Assembly: GCA_020536535.1 (NCBI GenBank)
Contig: JAHLWZ010000861.1
Coordinates: 1-64,000 of the forward strand
Direction: 5' to 3'
DNA length: 64,000 nt
Origin: Pelomyxa schiedti
Lineage: Eukaryota > Protista > Evosea
The notes under the pieces were generated by a model. It was not told the origin of the DNA and did not search any database. It saw only the letters and a list, made by a program, of their open reading frames with translations. The position numbers and the translations under genes are program-made. Positions 12,094 through 24,932 of the stretch are shown here, piece by piece. How positions within the stretch are numbered: position 1 is the first letter of the stretch; the number at the start of each line of letters is the position of its first letter.

Positions 12094-15030
12094 TCAGGAG
12101 GTGCTGCTGTTCTGTGGATTGATCATGGTGATGGGGCGGTGACGGCATGATGAGCAGGGGCATGTGTGCATGCAGATAGGACACCCTGTGGTAGGCATCG
12201 CAGTGGCGCCTTGTATTATCCCTAGGCACTTCTTGCAGAACTGTGCGGGGGTTAGTGTAAATGTAAACGGAAAGGTAAGTAGGTTGCGGTGACCTTGTGA
12301 TTGTTGTCATTGGGGCATAGCAGGCACAGTGGCTGTTTGGATCCACACCTGTTGTGTTGCAGGTGGAATGTAAGCCTAATTTGTTTGGAAAAGCAAGGCC
12401 TACTTGTGGCAGTGACAGCACAAGGAGCTCTTTTGTTGTGGGATAACCTTGTCAATGTTTTGACTTTGGTTCCAAAACTCTGAACAGGGTGTAACACTGA
12501 AGATAACTTCATTGTGGTCAAGGAACTCACTGAGCTGAGTGTCCAAAGTACAGTTCAGAGATTCTGCTGCAGCAAAGACCGAAACTACAGGAATATGAAT
12601 CCTCTCAGGGGAAAACAGAAGCCTTTGAACTTGTGTAATGAAATCAGAGACTGTCATTTTAGGGGTGACAGGAACTTGCACTACAGGTAGAAGTGCACTG
12701 TCAGAGTGTACTGTTACCATCTTCACAGCCTCAGTAATGGCTGTGGCAGTAAGCTCAACTGGTTTCACTGTTGTCTCTTGCAGGATGTGTGTGGTATCTT
12801 TGCTATTCGAGGAGGTGTCCGCGGCTACTGTTGGTGCAGCATTGACCTCGTTTTCCAGAAGTGGCTTGTTTTGTTCTTTACATGGTGTATCAGTTGTCAA
12901 TGTTGGTGGTTGTTGAGGAACGGTAGGAACACTTCGTTGTGGCTGTGAGTGCAATTGAGGCGTGGGTGGCATCGATAAGGGTGTTTCTGCTTGTGCTTGT
13001 GCTTGTGTCTGCTTCTGTGCTTGCACTTGTGGTTGTGCTTGCTTTTGTGGTTCCAGTTCCGGTTGTGGCTGTGGCTGTGGCTGTGTGCGTGGCTGGGGTT
13101 GGGGCTGTGGCTGGAGCTGTGCCTGTGGTTGGGGCTGGGGGTGTGCCTGTGGTTGGGGTTGGGGTTGTGCTTGCGCTTGTACATCAAGTTGTACTTGCTT
13201 TGTGTCAAGTAGTGCCTGTAGTTTCTGGTTCAATTGCACCTGTTGGCTATGTTCGGATTGCTGTTTGTTCTGTACCTGCTGCTGGTGCTGGTGTGGATGC
13301 TGGCGGCGGCGTTTGTGCGGATGCTGATGCCACTCCCACTTCTGCTGTTGCTGCTGCTGTTCTTGCTGTTGCTGCTGTTGTTGCTGCTGTTGTTGTTGCT
13401 GTTGCAAGTTGAAGTTCTGCTGTGCCATTTGGTCTGGTGTTTGTGGGGGGATTTGTTGCCTTTGCCGCAGAGATTCCATCCACATCTGGGTCTGTCGTTG
13501 CCTTTTCTGCAACTCCTCATCTTGTTCCTGCCGAGTTTTCAAACTAGCTTGGCGTTGTTTTTGCCAGTCTCGAAACCGTTGGTCCTGCTGTTGTTTATGT
13601 TGCAGCTGCAGTTGCTGCAGTAGTTGTAGTTGTTGTAGTTGTTGCTGCTGTTGCTGCAGAACAGGCTGCATCCGTTCTTGTTCCCTGCTGTAACTCCACT
13701 GCCAATTTGGTGTGTTCATGCCTGCATTTAACAGGGTCTGCTGATTGTACTGTTGTTGAGGAGTGTTGATATTTAGCATGGCAGGCTGCTGGCTTGGTAC
13801 AGCTGTGGGTACCCACCCTGTTGGTTGTTGTGCTGGATACCCAGACTGTGTTGGTGCCTTTGGTCTTCTATAAGCATCAGGTGTTTGCTGAAGCTGAGGG
13901 GGCACTGGAGAGTTGAACTGTTGTTGAACCTGAGGCTGGAGCTGCGATTGGGGAGGGGCACCGAGCAGTGATTGCTGTGCGTGAAGCTGGGGCTGTTGTG
14001 ATGCAACTTGTGGTCTGTTTTCTACTACTTGTGGTGGAGATTCCACATGGGGTATTTTTTGCTGCCGTGATGCTGGTGGCGTTTTGGGCTGCATTATTTG
14101 CGGCTGTTGGCTTGGTGTTAGAGGAGGCAGGGTGAGAGGGGGGAGTCCTTGGAGAAGTGGGTTTCGGTGAGTCAGATCAGAAACGCACCCGGTTAGTCCA
14201 CCCTGCTGTGTCCCTTGCGCTGCTGAGGTTTGCGTTTGTTGTTGCTGTTGAGGTAGCTGCATGGGCCCGTGTACCTGCGCACCGGAAAGAACAACAGGGG
14301 TACCTGCTTGTAGATGTTGCTGCTGCTGCTGTTGCTGCACCAATGAATTGTCCTGGTCCGGATACTGCATGTGTTGTTGTAGGGCGGGGGCGGCATCATT
14401 AGCAGCAGCGGTGGCCGCCCGCACTCCAGCTCCCGGCTGCTGCTGCTGCTGCTCGTTTGCTTTTCCATGTGATCCGTCGCCGCCGCCCGGCAGCAGTGGT
14501 GGTGGTGGCGCCTGTGCCACTCCCTCACCCTCGCTCGTTCCCCCCTCGCCCTCTCGTGTCTTGTTGGCCGGCGGGGGCACGGGGTGCGAGGGAGCGCCCT
14601 GCACCCCTGTGCTTGTGCTTGTGCTTGTGCTTGTGCTTGTGCTTGTGCTTGTGCTTGTGCTTGTGCTTGTGCTTGTGCTTGTGCTTGTGCTTGTGCTTGT
14701 GCTTGTGCTTGTGCTTGTGCTTGTGCTTGTGGGTGTTGGTGCGGGGTCGTCGTGCACTAGCCGCAGGGCCGTGGGTGGTTGCGGTGGGTGGTGGTGGTCC
14801 TGGTGGTCGCGATCTTGGGGTGGGGCGGCGCCCTCGTCGACGTAGACGGTGGCAGCGCCCTCTTCGTCGTCGCCGTCGTCGGCGGGGACTAGGATGTACT
14901 CTGTGGGCACTTCGTCTTCAACAAAGATGATTTCCGTGTCAGATGTCTCGGGCTCCCCTCCGTCGTCCATGCTTTTGTTGCTGTTGTTGGCAGGGCGTGT
15001 GCTCCCGCCATCAGCGTCTTCGTCGCCCAT
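12094..15030 (-). CDS. Q/P/T-rich protein with a ubiquitin-like domain and a C-terminal zf-4CXXC_R1-type zinc finger
   Basis: An 876-aa ORF plus two spliced exons giving CCHCHKCGSKQPLCLLC...FCKKCL...CPICMHTCPCSSCR. The segment at about 12530-12730 has a beta-grasp-like pattern. Confidence 0.7.
14609..14728 (+). repeat. Perfect (GTGCTT)n hexamer microsatellite, about 20 units, encoding a (Thr-Ser)n tract on the minus strand
   Basis: Seen directly in the sequence. Confidence 0.95.
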
Positions 15031-15099
15031 GGTTTTTTTTTTTCACCAAAATTTTTATCGGAATGAAATTTTTTTGGTATGATCGAAAAGCTGATGAAC

Positions 15100-18000
15100 T
15101 TAATGCAGTTTGAGACCGTAGTTGCGCAGGGTGACAATAATTGTGCTTGACTTGGCCGCCAGCCCGCCAGACGTGGATTTGTCCAAGTCAGGCTTATGGG
15201 CAACCAAACTTGGCTCTGGGGGTCCTGCCCGGCCATACATGAATATCACAATCACGATGAAAATATGCAGTCCAATCCACAGGGTCGCCATTCCTATGGA
15301 GAATATGTAATCCACTGTGACTGCCTGTAGTATGTATCATTAGTAGTTGAATCGGCGGTACTGTTTATATACTGCGGGATTATAGGGAGGCAAATACCGA
15401 TGCCGGGAGGGAATCGTTAAGTTGGTCAGGATGTGCGAGATCAAGTACACATGATATGCTGTGTCCAATAATGAGGCCAAATGTGACCAGGAACGCGGCC
15501 AGAAGGTACAAGTCCATGTACGTTAGGTACTGCACAAAGCAAGAGTAAGAACTCAAGTTAATTGTGTGTGTTACCTGTGTCTTGCAAACTGTCACACCGG
15601 TGGAGAACCTTTTTGTTGTGTGAGGAACAACTTACAACTTTACAACATACTTGAAGAATACAACAGCGGCGACAATGGCCGCTGAAGCTTCAAATCGGCT
15701 GAAAATGGAGCTTGCCTCCTTCTCAACGAACACAACAAATCCGGCCCTGTTTAGTAATTCAACTCCTGAGTGGGAGAAGTAAAAGGCATACGCAACGATG
15801 CAAAACATTGGTGCAAGGCAATTCCAAATGTAATATGTGGTCTTTCTTTGGGCTGATATCTTGCGATAGGTGAGAAGTTTGCCATTTCAAGGAGGAAGAC
15901 CTGGATGGTGGAAACATAATTTTTGGGATAGAATAGCGTCTTTGGGTGAACATCCCAGTCCTCACAATCACCCTTAGCTGCTGGCCTGACAATTTGACCA
16001 AACTTCTCGACTTTTTCCTTTGGAACAAATTTTGGGGTATATTGGGTTGTTACTTGAGGCCACCTGAGTTTTAAGTTAAATTCCCTCTGGGACTTGGTAA
16101 TGGAAAACACACAGAGTCATTTCAAACTTGTGGGTATCGAGTGGGAATTTGTGAAGTTTTAGTATCTCGCAGAATTCTCCATGTGCTTTCCAGCGATATA
16201 TAACGTATGGATTTTTGTTGTCGGTATTTTTACTTGGTATTTTTTTTTGATCCTCTGTAGCGGTTTCGTATGGAACAATAGTCACGGAGTGGCATATAAC
16301 ACTGAAAGAATCTGGTGAGGATAGATCATGAAAAGAAAGTGGTGGTAGCCAGACATAATCTGGAACCACTTCACTTCGTGTATTGACGTTTGCAGTGATT
16401 GGAAGATCAGTCATTGATTTCCAAGTCATCCTCATAGAGACAGTTGCTTGGAACTATTTTTCTGTTGCCATATACTATGGCAGGAGGTGTGGGCAGATAC
16501 CTTGTTGTAAGATTCATCTACTGCCATCAATTTTACATTCACCTTTTCTGCTCTGATGAAAACCTCGTTTTCTTCCTTAAGTTTTTTTGGAGTCTGTATT
16601 GCTCCCACCATCGCCTTGATGCGGCTGGCATCACCATAAGTTATATATGTGCTGGTACCAAGTTTCAGGCCAGTAAGATCACCAACTTCCATTGTTTTTA
16701 CAGAACGTTCTGTTATCTGTTTCTTTTAGGGAAATAACCTAAGAGACATATTACCTTGTTTGCTCTACAAGTATCAATTACGGACTTGTGAAATTTACTT
16801 TTCTCCAAATCTATGCAGAAGCGCGTCACCTCGACTTCCAATACATATCTTCGAAGCTGTGAAAATAATAGAGTACCCTCATCAAGAGTCAAGTTCAAGG
16901 CTGCTCCCAAATGGGTGCTAATTTGAGTATCAAAACCTTTCCGACTTTCCATGAGTTCGAATTTTTCAAAAGCCTTTTTTTTTAGTTTCAATATATTCAA
17001 CGGGAAAATGAGCACACAATTTTCTGTTTTGAGTGCAACATCTTGACTGCAATATTGTCTTGGGTGGGATCACTTCTGTCAAGCACTTTTACTAAGCCCG
17101 TGGAGTAGCTTTGTAGTTGCGAAACTACTATCTTTTGTTCTTCCACTGTCAAATTCAACGTTCTGCTGATTATTAGGTCACTATGGCGAAATTAAGTAAC
17201 ATTCTCCAAACGACGTTTTACTTCATCACATTGGTTCTGCGTACTAATTTCCAGGTCCTGAGAATACGCTGTTACTTGCCAAATTGCAAACTGCGTCATT
17301 AAGCGCACCATTAACTCTTTAGAGTCAGCTATCTTGATAGCAATATCTTGGTGCACAGGATCACATCTATCAAGCACGCACTCCAACCCACAGGCAGCTC
17401 CAATCCTACCTAAAACGCAATATCTAAGTGCTTCCAGGACAAGTTTGTAAACCCCACCCACCAACCCACCCCAGCCCCGCGCCACTATAGCAGCAGTAGT
17501 AGTAATAACAAGGCCGTACCAGCAGCCACCGCCTTGTCGTTAGCATTGCGGGTATTCGTGCCCACATCACCAGGACTGGCCTCCTCGGATATAACGGTAC
17601 GAGGGTGAGGTGGTTTGATTGATGCAGCAGCAGCAGCGGCAGCAGCAGCAGAGGTAGTACTAGTACTAGTAGTGGTGGTGGAGGTGGTGGTTTTAGTTTG
17701 GGTTTTGGTGGTGGTTGTGGTGGATGCATGTGACCCTGGCATGTCGACGTGCAGGTGGTTGGTGTTTGCACATTCCATTACTGGTTGTTCCTGCGGGTGC
17801 CTAGTGGTGGACTGTACCATTAGATGGTGACGATGATGCTGATGGTGGTGGGGGCGGTGGTGGTGGCGTTGGCGTTGGTCACCGCCAGTGGAACTGCCAC
17901 TGTCACTGACACTGACACTGACACCACCACCAGCAGCAGCAGCAGCAGGATCCCCTGTGGTGGTTGTGGTGGCTGCGGTAGCACCTGTTTGGGGGGCTGT

Positions 18001-18291
18001 GCCGGTTGTTTTAGACGCCACCGCCCGCGTGGCCGGGGACTGCGAGGGGGATTGGGATGCTGACGATGAGGACGATGATGATGACGACGAGGCGACGGTC
18101 GACGATGCAAGAGCAAGAGCAGGAGCAGGAGCGGGCGGAGGGTGCCTCGCCGAGGACGGCGATGACGATGATGGGACTGGCCTGCTGCGGGGCCGTGCTC
18201 GTCTATTGTACTGGCTGCTCCGCCTCATCATCTTGCCCGTGGTCGTTGTCGTGGTCTTTGGTACTGACTCGGAGGAGGAGGACGAATGCAT
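15100..18291 (-). CDS. Cys-less pentameric ligand-gated ion channel-like protein with two helical repeats and a SAM-like domain (copy 2; start codon uncertain)
   Basis: WLPPLSFHD, LHKFPLDTHKF, M1 YYIWNCLAPMF, M2 identical to copy 1, M4 DYIFSIGMATLWIGLHIF. Intron positions in the TM region match copy 1. Confidence 0.8.
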
Positions 18292-18379
18292 TGGAGACAG
18301 ACTTCTTTGTTGTCGGCAAAAACGGAACGGTGTTCCGCGAAGTTCAGTTTGGGCGATCAAACAAAGTCAGGGTTTCCTC

Positions 18380-20628
<2,249 letters not shown>

Positions 20629-21040
20629 TGCAGGTTTCTTCGTGGCGGGCGCAGACGCAACACCGCAGGCCCCCGTCGTTGCTGTCGATGTTTTAGGTGT
20701 TGTCGTCATTCCGGTGTCGTGTCGCTCCTTCGTAGTGCGTACTGATCGAGATTTTCCTGAATGTACGAAAATCTCGATCAGGAAGATTGGCCCAAATGAC
20801 AAGGAGTGCCTCAGGAAGGAACCCACAATGCTGAGAAACTCCAAGCCCCGAGGGGTTCTCACTGAGTGGGTGTGGGTGGTTTCAGAGTGACGATGAAACT
20901 TAAGTTTTTGATTTCATCAGGTTGGTTGTTTCGGTGTACAGCACTTGCCGGACCAAATTTCATTCGGCACTCACCCGAAGGATCTTGTGAGAAATACAAA
21001 CAAAAAAAAAAACCAAACATCGAATCGTGGGGGCAGCAAA

Positions 21041-23364
21041 ATGTCGGTGCTGCGGCCAGGCCAACAAGGTAGTACCGCAAACGGTGTCAGTACCACGGTC
21101 CAGTCGCACGTACCGCCAAGATCTACGCTGCCGCCTGTGCCCCCGCCATCGGCCGCCGCGATCGCAATTCCGCCGCCGCCTTTAGATCCCGTTGTAATGA
21201 GAGGAACACCCACCAGCGGAATTGTGGGAGGCGGCGGCGAGTTGACGCGAGTCGCGTCGCAGCCGGAATTTCCACTCGGGCAAGTGCGGAGCAGCACGAC
21301 CGACAGCATCAATGACATGCCCGATAAAGGCAAGCTGGTGAGGTCGCGTAGCGTGAGCACCAGCGTGCGCATACCAAAGCCGGACCAGCCGAACCAAGGC
21401 AGAGGCCCGCCGTTGCCAAACATACCTTCCTCGCTGCTGAGGAAAACGGGGCTGAGCTTTCTATCGCACGGGCACACGCAACTGCCTGCCGAGCCCGCGA
21501 CTCCTCGGCCAATCGCGGTTTCTATGCAATCATCACCTCCTTCGCCTGGGAGCGAGAAACATTTTGCATTTCCGTGGAAGAAACACCGCAACGCGCTTCC
21601 TTCTTCAACTCCCTTGATGTCGGCTGGATCCGATGGGAGTGGCAGCGAGCTTGTGGGAGACAGTGCGGACGATAGCTCGTCATCAGATAGTGATGACAGC
21701 GAGAGTACTGGTCTTACAGAAGACCCCGGTGATGGTACTCCTGACGTAGATGGAACAAAGAAAAAGAAAATACACAAAGCCTCCAGCATGTTTTCTTTGA
21801 TGGCGCATCTGAAGCACAACAGTGGCAGTTCCAGTTCACCTGTACTTGCCGTAAGAAAGGACTCCGATTGTGACTCCCTCACCCCTGTGGTTCCATCTCC
21901 AACAACAACACACCCACGCCATTTAAAGCCATCCACCCCACTTCCACCAACACCAAAGCGTTCAAATTCCCCCGTTCCTGAAAATGGCACCCAACCTGAT
22001 CAACCTGCATCTGAAAACTGTGCGTAATGCGACTCGTTGTTTGTGTTTTTGTAATCTAATACTCAACAGTTCACCACCACCACAAAAAAGCGAGTGACAG
22101 CTTTAGAACCTTAAGGGGAACCCACAACATGCCCCTACCACCACTTCCTCCACAGCGTTCATCTTCTCCACCCCCACTCCCATCAGCCCGACATGCTCCT
22201 CCGGAGCATCCTCTTCCAACACCACCATCTAACAAGGAAACTGCCGCACAACACTCGCATGTTCCGCCAGCACAACCCCCACCTCCACCACCGAAATCGA
22301 AAAATCAATCCATAGATCAAGACCAATCATCCACCGACGAATCTTCTCCTATGACACCACCAACTACTCCACCTCTGGACGAAGCTTCAACATCTCCAAC
22401 TCCCAAACATAAACCAGGCCTCCTTCGCCGATTAAGTCACAGTTCTCTCAAGAAAGGCAAAAAAAAGCAAGGAAACAAGCCGGTATTTCTCCCTTACTGC
22501 ACTTTCTGTCAGAAAATAAAGTTCATAGGCCGCGGATTCCCTCGACGCACTGGAGAATAGCAACATCGTTGTGGACATCTTTCACAAAGCGATTGTCGAA
22601 GTAACCTACCTATTGGAGACAGACCAAATTCCTAAATGGCAAAACCGGCAACGTGTAAATAAAAACCTAGGTTACTAGCTTCCAAGTGCTCATTGCATTC
22701 AACTGGTTTAGATGTACCCACCAGTATAACGCTACAAGCAATATTTGAAAATCCCCCATGGCTACTCTCTTTCAAGGAGTTTGTGGACAACGAATTTGCT
22801 GCAGAGAGTATGCTCACCCTCCCAAACTTTATGTATCAACTTTTTGTTGCAGACTTGAGCTTTGTTCGTGAGGTTAACACTCTACAACTTTCTGTCAAGA
22901 AACTAGATGAAGTATGACTTGCTGTAGTTACTTCTTATCTAATTATATTTAGTTTCAAATAGATCACGAGCTAAAGCGGATATGCAAAAAATATATCAAC
23001 GAAGAATCTCAGATGGTTCCTTCTCCACAAACTTCCGCTCTTCTGACACACCGAAAACATGCAGGAAGTTAACATTTCCTCTGATGTTCGCATGGATATC
23101 AAGCAAACTATCTATGGCACTAGCGAACCCTCCACGCCAGATAGTGGGACACCCGACATTCCACCTCCGGCACTCCCCACAACCACCGCAATATCGTCAA
23201 CGGCATCCTCCACAGCCACAGCCTCACTGATTGACATACCGCCCCCTACACTCACCCTCCAAATCCCGCCACCAGACATCACAGATGCCGAATTCATCGA
23301 AATTTGCTCCGCCGACATTCCACCGCCTCCACTCCCAGCCTCATCAAGTGGCTCACTACTATGA
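21041..23364 (+). CDS. Pro/Ser-rich protein with an RGS domain (segments apparently in permuted order)
   Basis: Spliced: IFHKAIVEVTYLLETDQIPKW...TLQAIFENPPWLLSFKEFVDNEFAAENLSFVREVN...LKRICKKYINEESQMEVNISSDVRMDI. Confidence 0.75.
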
Positions 23365-23817
23365 ACACACCCCACCAGTCACACATCACGCAGCCGCACC
23401 TTCATGCACCTTCGTCTTCATCCACGTATGTTTATTTAGTGTCTGTACAAAACTGTTTCTCTAACTTATGCCCCTAATGAAAACAATTTTTGGAAGTTCC
23501 ATTGGAACGGCACATAAGTAAGAGTCATCAGAACAACACTCAGCGAGGACTAAAGTGGTCTAAAAACAGACCTCAGTGTACCTGTTGTCGCAAAAAACCG
23601 AAAAGTGTGTCAGTTTGAGGTCTATGTGGACCAAACAATGTTGGTGCATAGGGACGTGACACTGGAATCACTAACCGGAGCACTTCTCTTGCTGTAGACT
23701 TGCCCTTGAGAAAAAAAGAAGGAAGATATGTTTCTTTTAGTGGTGGTTCTCGATAGTCCTACAATACAACAGACAGTTAAGAGAAGAGGCCTGAAAACTG
23801 CAAATCTTTCCCACCGG

Positions 23818-24489
23818 TCAGTTCTTGTTGTGATACAGAATCCTGCAAGCCTCTGTGAGGGGAACATCCTCCAAAGCAGGAACGGGATCATCGACATTGG
23901 AGGGATCAACTACGGCGAGGGTGCTTGCGGAATTTGGCGAGTGTGACTCATTGCGGTGCTCATCTTTATGTGGGATGTATCAGGGGGATGTGAGGATGTA
24001 GGAAGAAGAAACCGGTGTAAGTTCTCCACGAGTGCATGGGTTCCACGTGGCTGAGAACAATGCCGTGGTAATATATAAGAATGAAGAAAAAGGAAACACA
24101 GAGCCAGCTAGGTACAGCTAAGGCCCAGTACCTGTTGATAGTACTTCAGAAAAATAAAAACAAGAAACAAACAGTGTGCATACTTATCCGGAAGCAGTTG
24201 CTTAGCAATTGACTCCAAATGCAGGGCTCTCCAGGCCGCATCAGGCACATAAGCAAGCACCAGGTAGCAAACTAAATGATGGGTTCGGGCGTAAGTTAAT
24301 TCCACAACAACACACTAAAACGAGGAGCCCCCGCCCCCCAGTGTTTGTACTGATATTCATTTGGATTCACAAGGTCAAAACAAACACACCGAGTGCAACC
24401 GACGTTGTTATCCACGCCACGAACCCATAAGTCTCAATGTACACTCCCCCTGCTGTCTTGGCCTTGCCCACGGTGATACTACCGTCCAT
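23818..24489 (-). CDS. PIGP: GPI-GlcNAc transferase subunit PIG-P (Gpi19)
   Basis: ETYGFVAWI, YLVLAYVPD, LLPDKYWALAVP, TYTD and VPALEDVPL motifs. Confidence 0.85.
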
Positions 24490-24782
24490 CTACTGCCCTT
24501 TCTTCTACGAACCGCTGTTACTCCCACCCCCGTTGCGGAACAAAAGCCACACGTGGCAGAATAAAAAAAACACCAGACCGCCGATCCTGAGCTACGATAA
24601 CAGAAATGACAGCGTCTGTTGATAATTTTCCGCAAGGTTGTTTGTTGCGAAACAGTCTGTGTCTGCTCAGAGATTACAGCTACGGTGTCGAGTTGGGCCA
24701 ACGAACGCCACACCACTCATTTGGGGTGTCATTGTTTTCCTGGCCCAGATTGAAGCATTATCACTCACGACGAATCGATTAC

Positions 24783-24896
24783 ATGACGGACGTAGCAGAG
24801 GTGGCACGGGTTCTCGGTGTTCTGTACGCGCCCGATACAGAGGCCAACACCAACAACAATACCGACCTAAGGCAGGCACCACTCCCCTGCTTTTGT

Positions 24897-24932
<36 letters not shown>

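Noticed and set aside
12939-14930. Cys-rich, (LV)n and (CL)n plus-strand ORFs resembling metallothioneins or membrane proteins
   Set aside because: They are reverse-complement readings of CAG/CAA and AGCACA repeats in the minus-strand Q-rich gene.
20971-21990. 339-aa minus-strand ORF opposite the RGS gene
   Set aside because: It is the antisense of a GC-rich, stop-poor low-complexity exon with no domain features.
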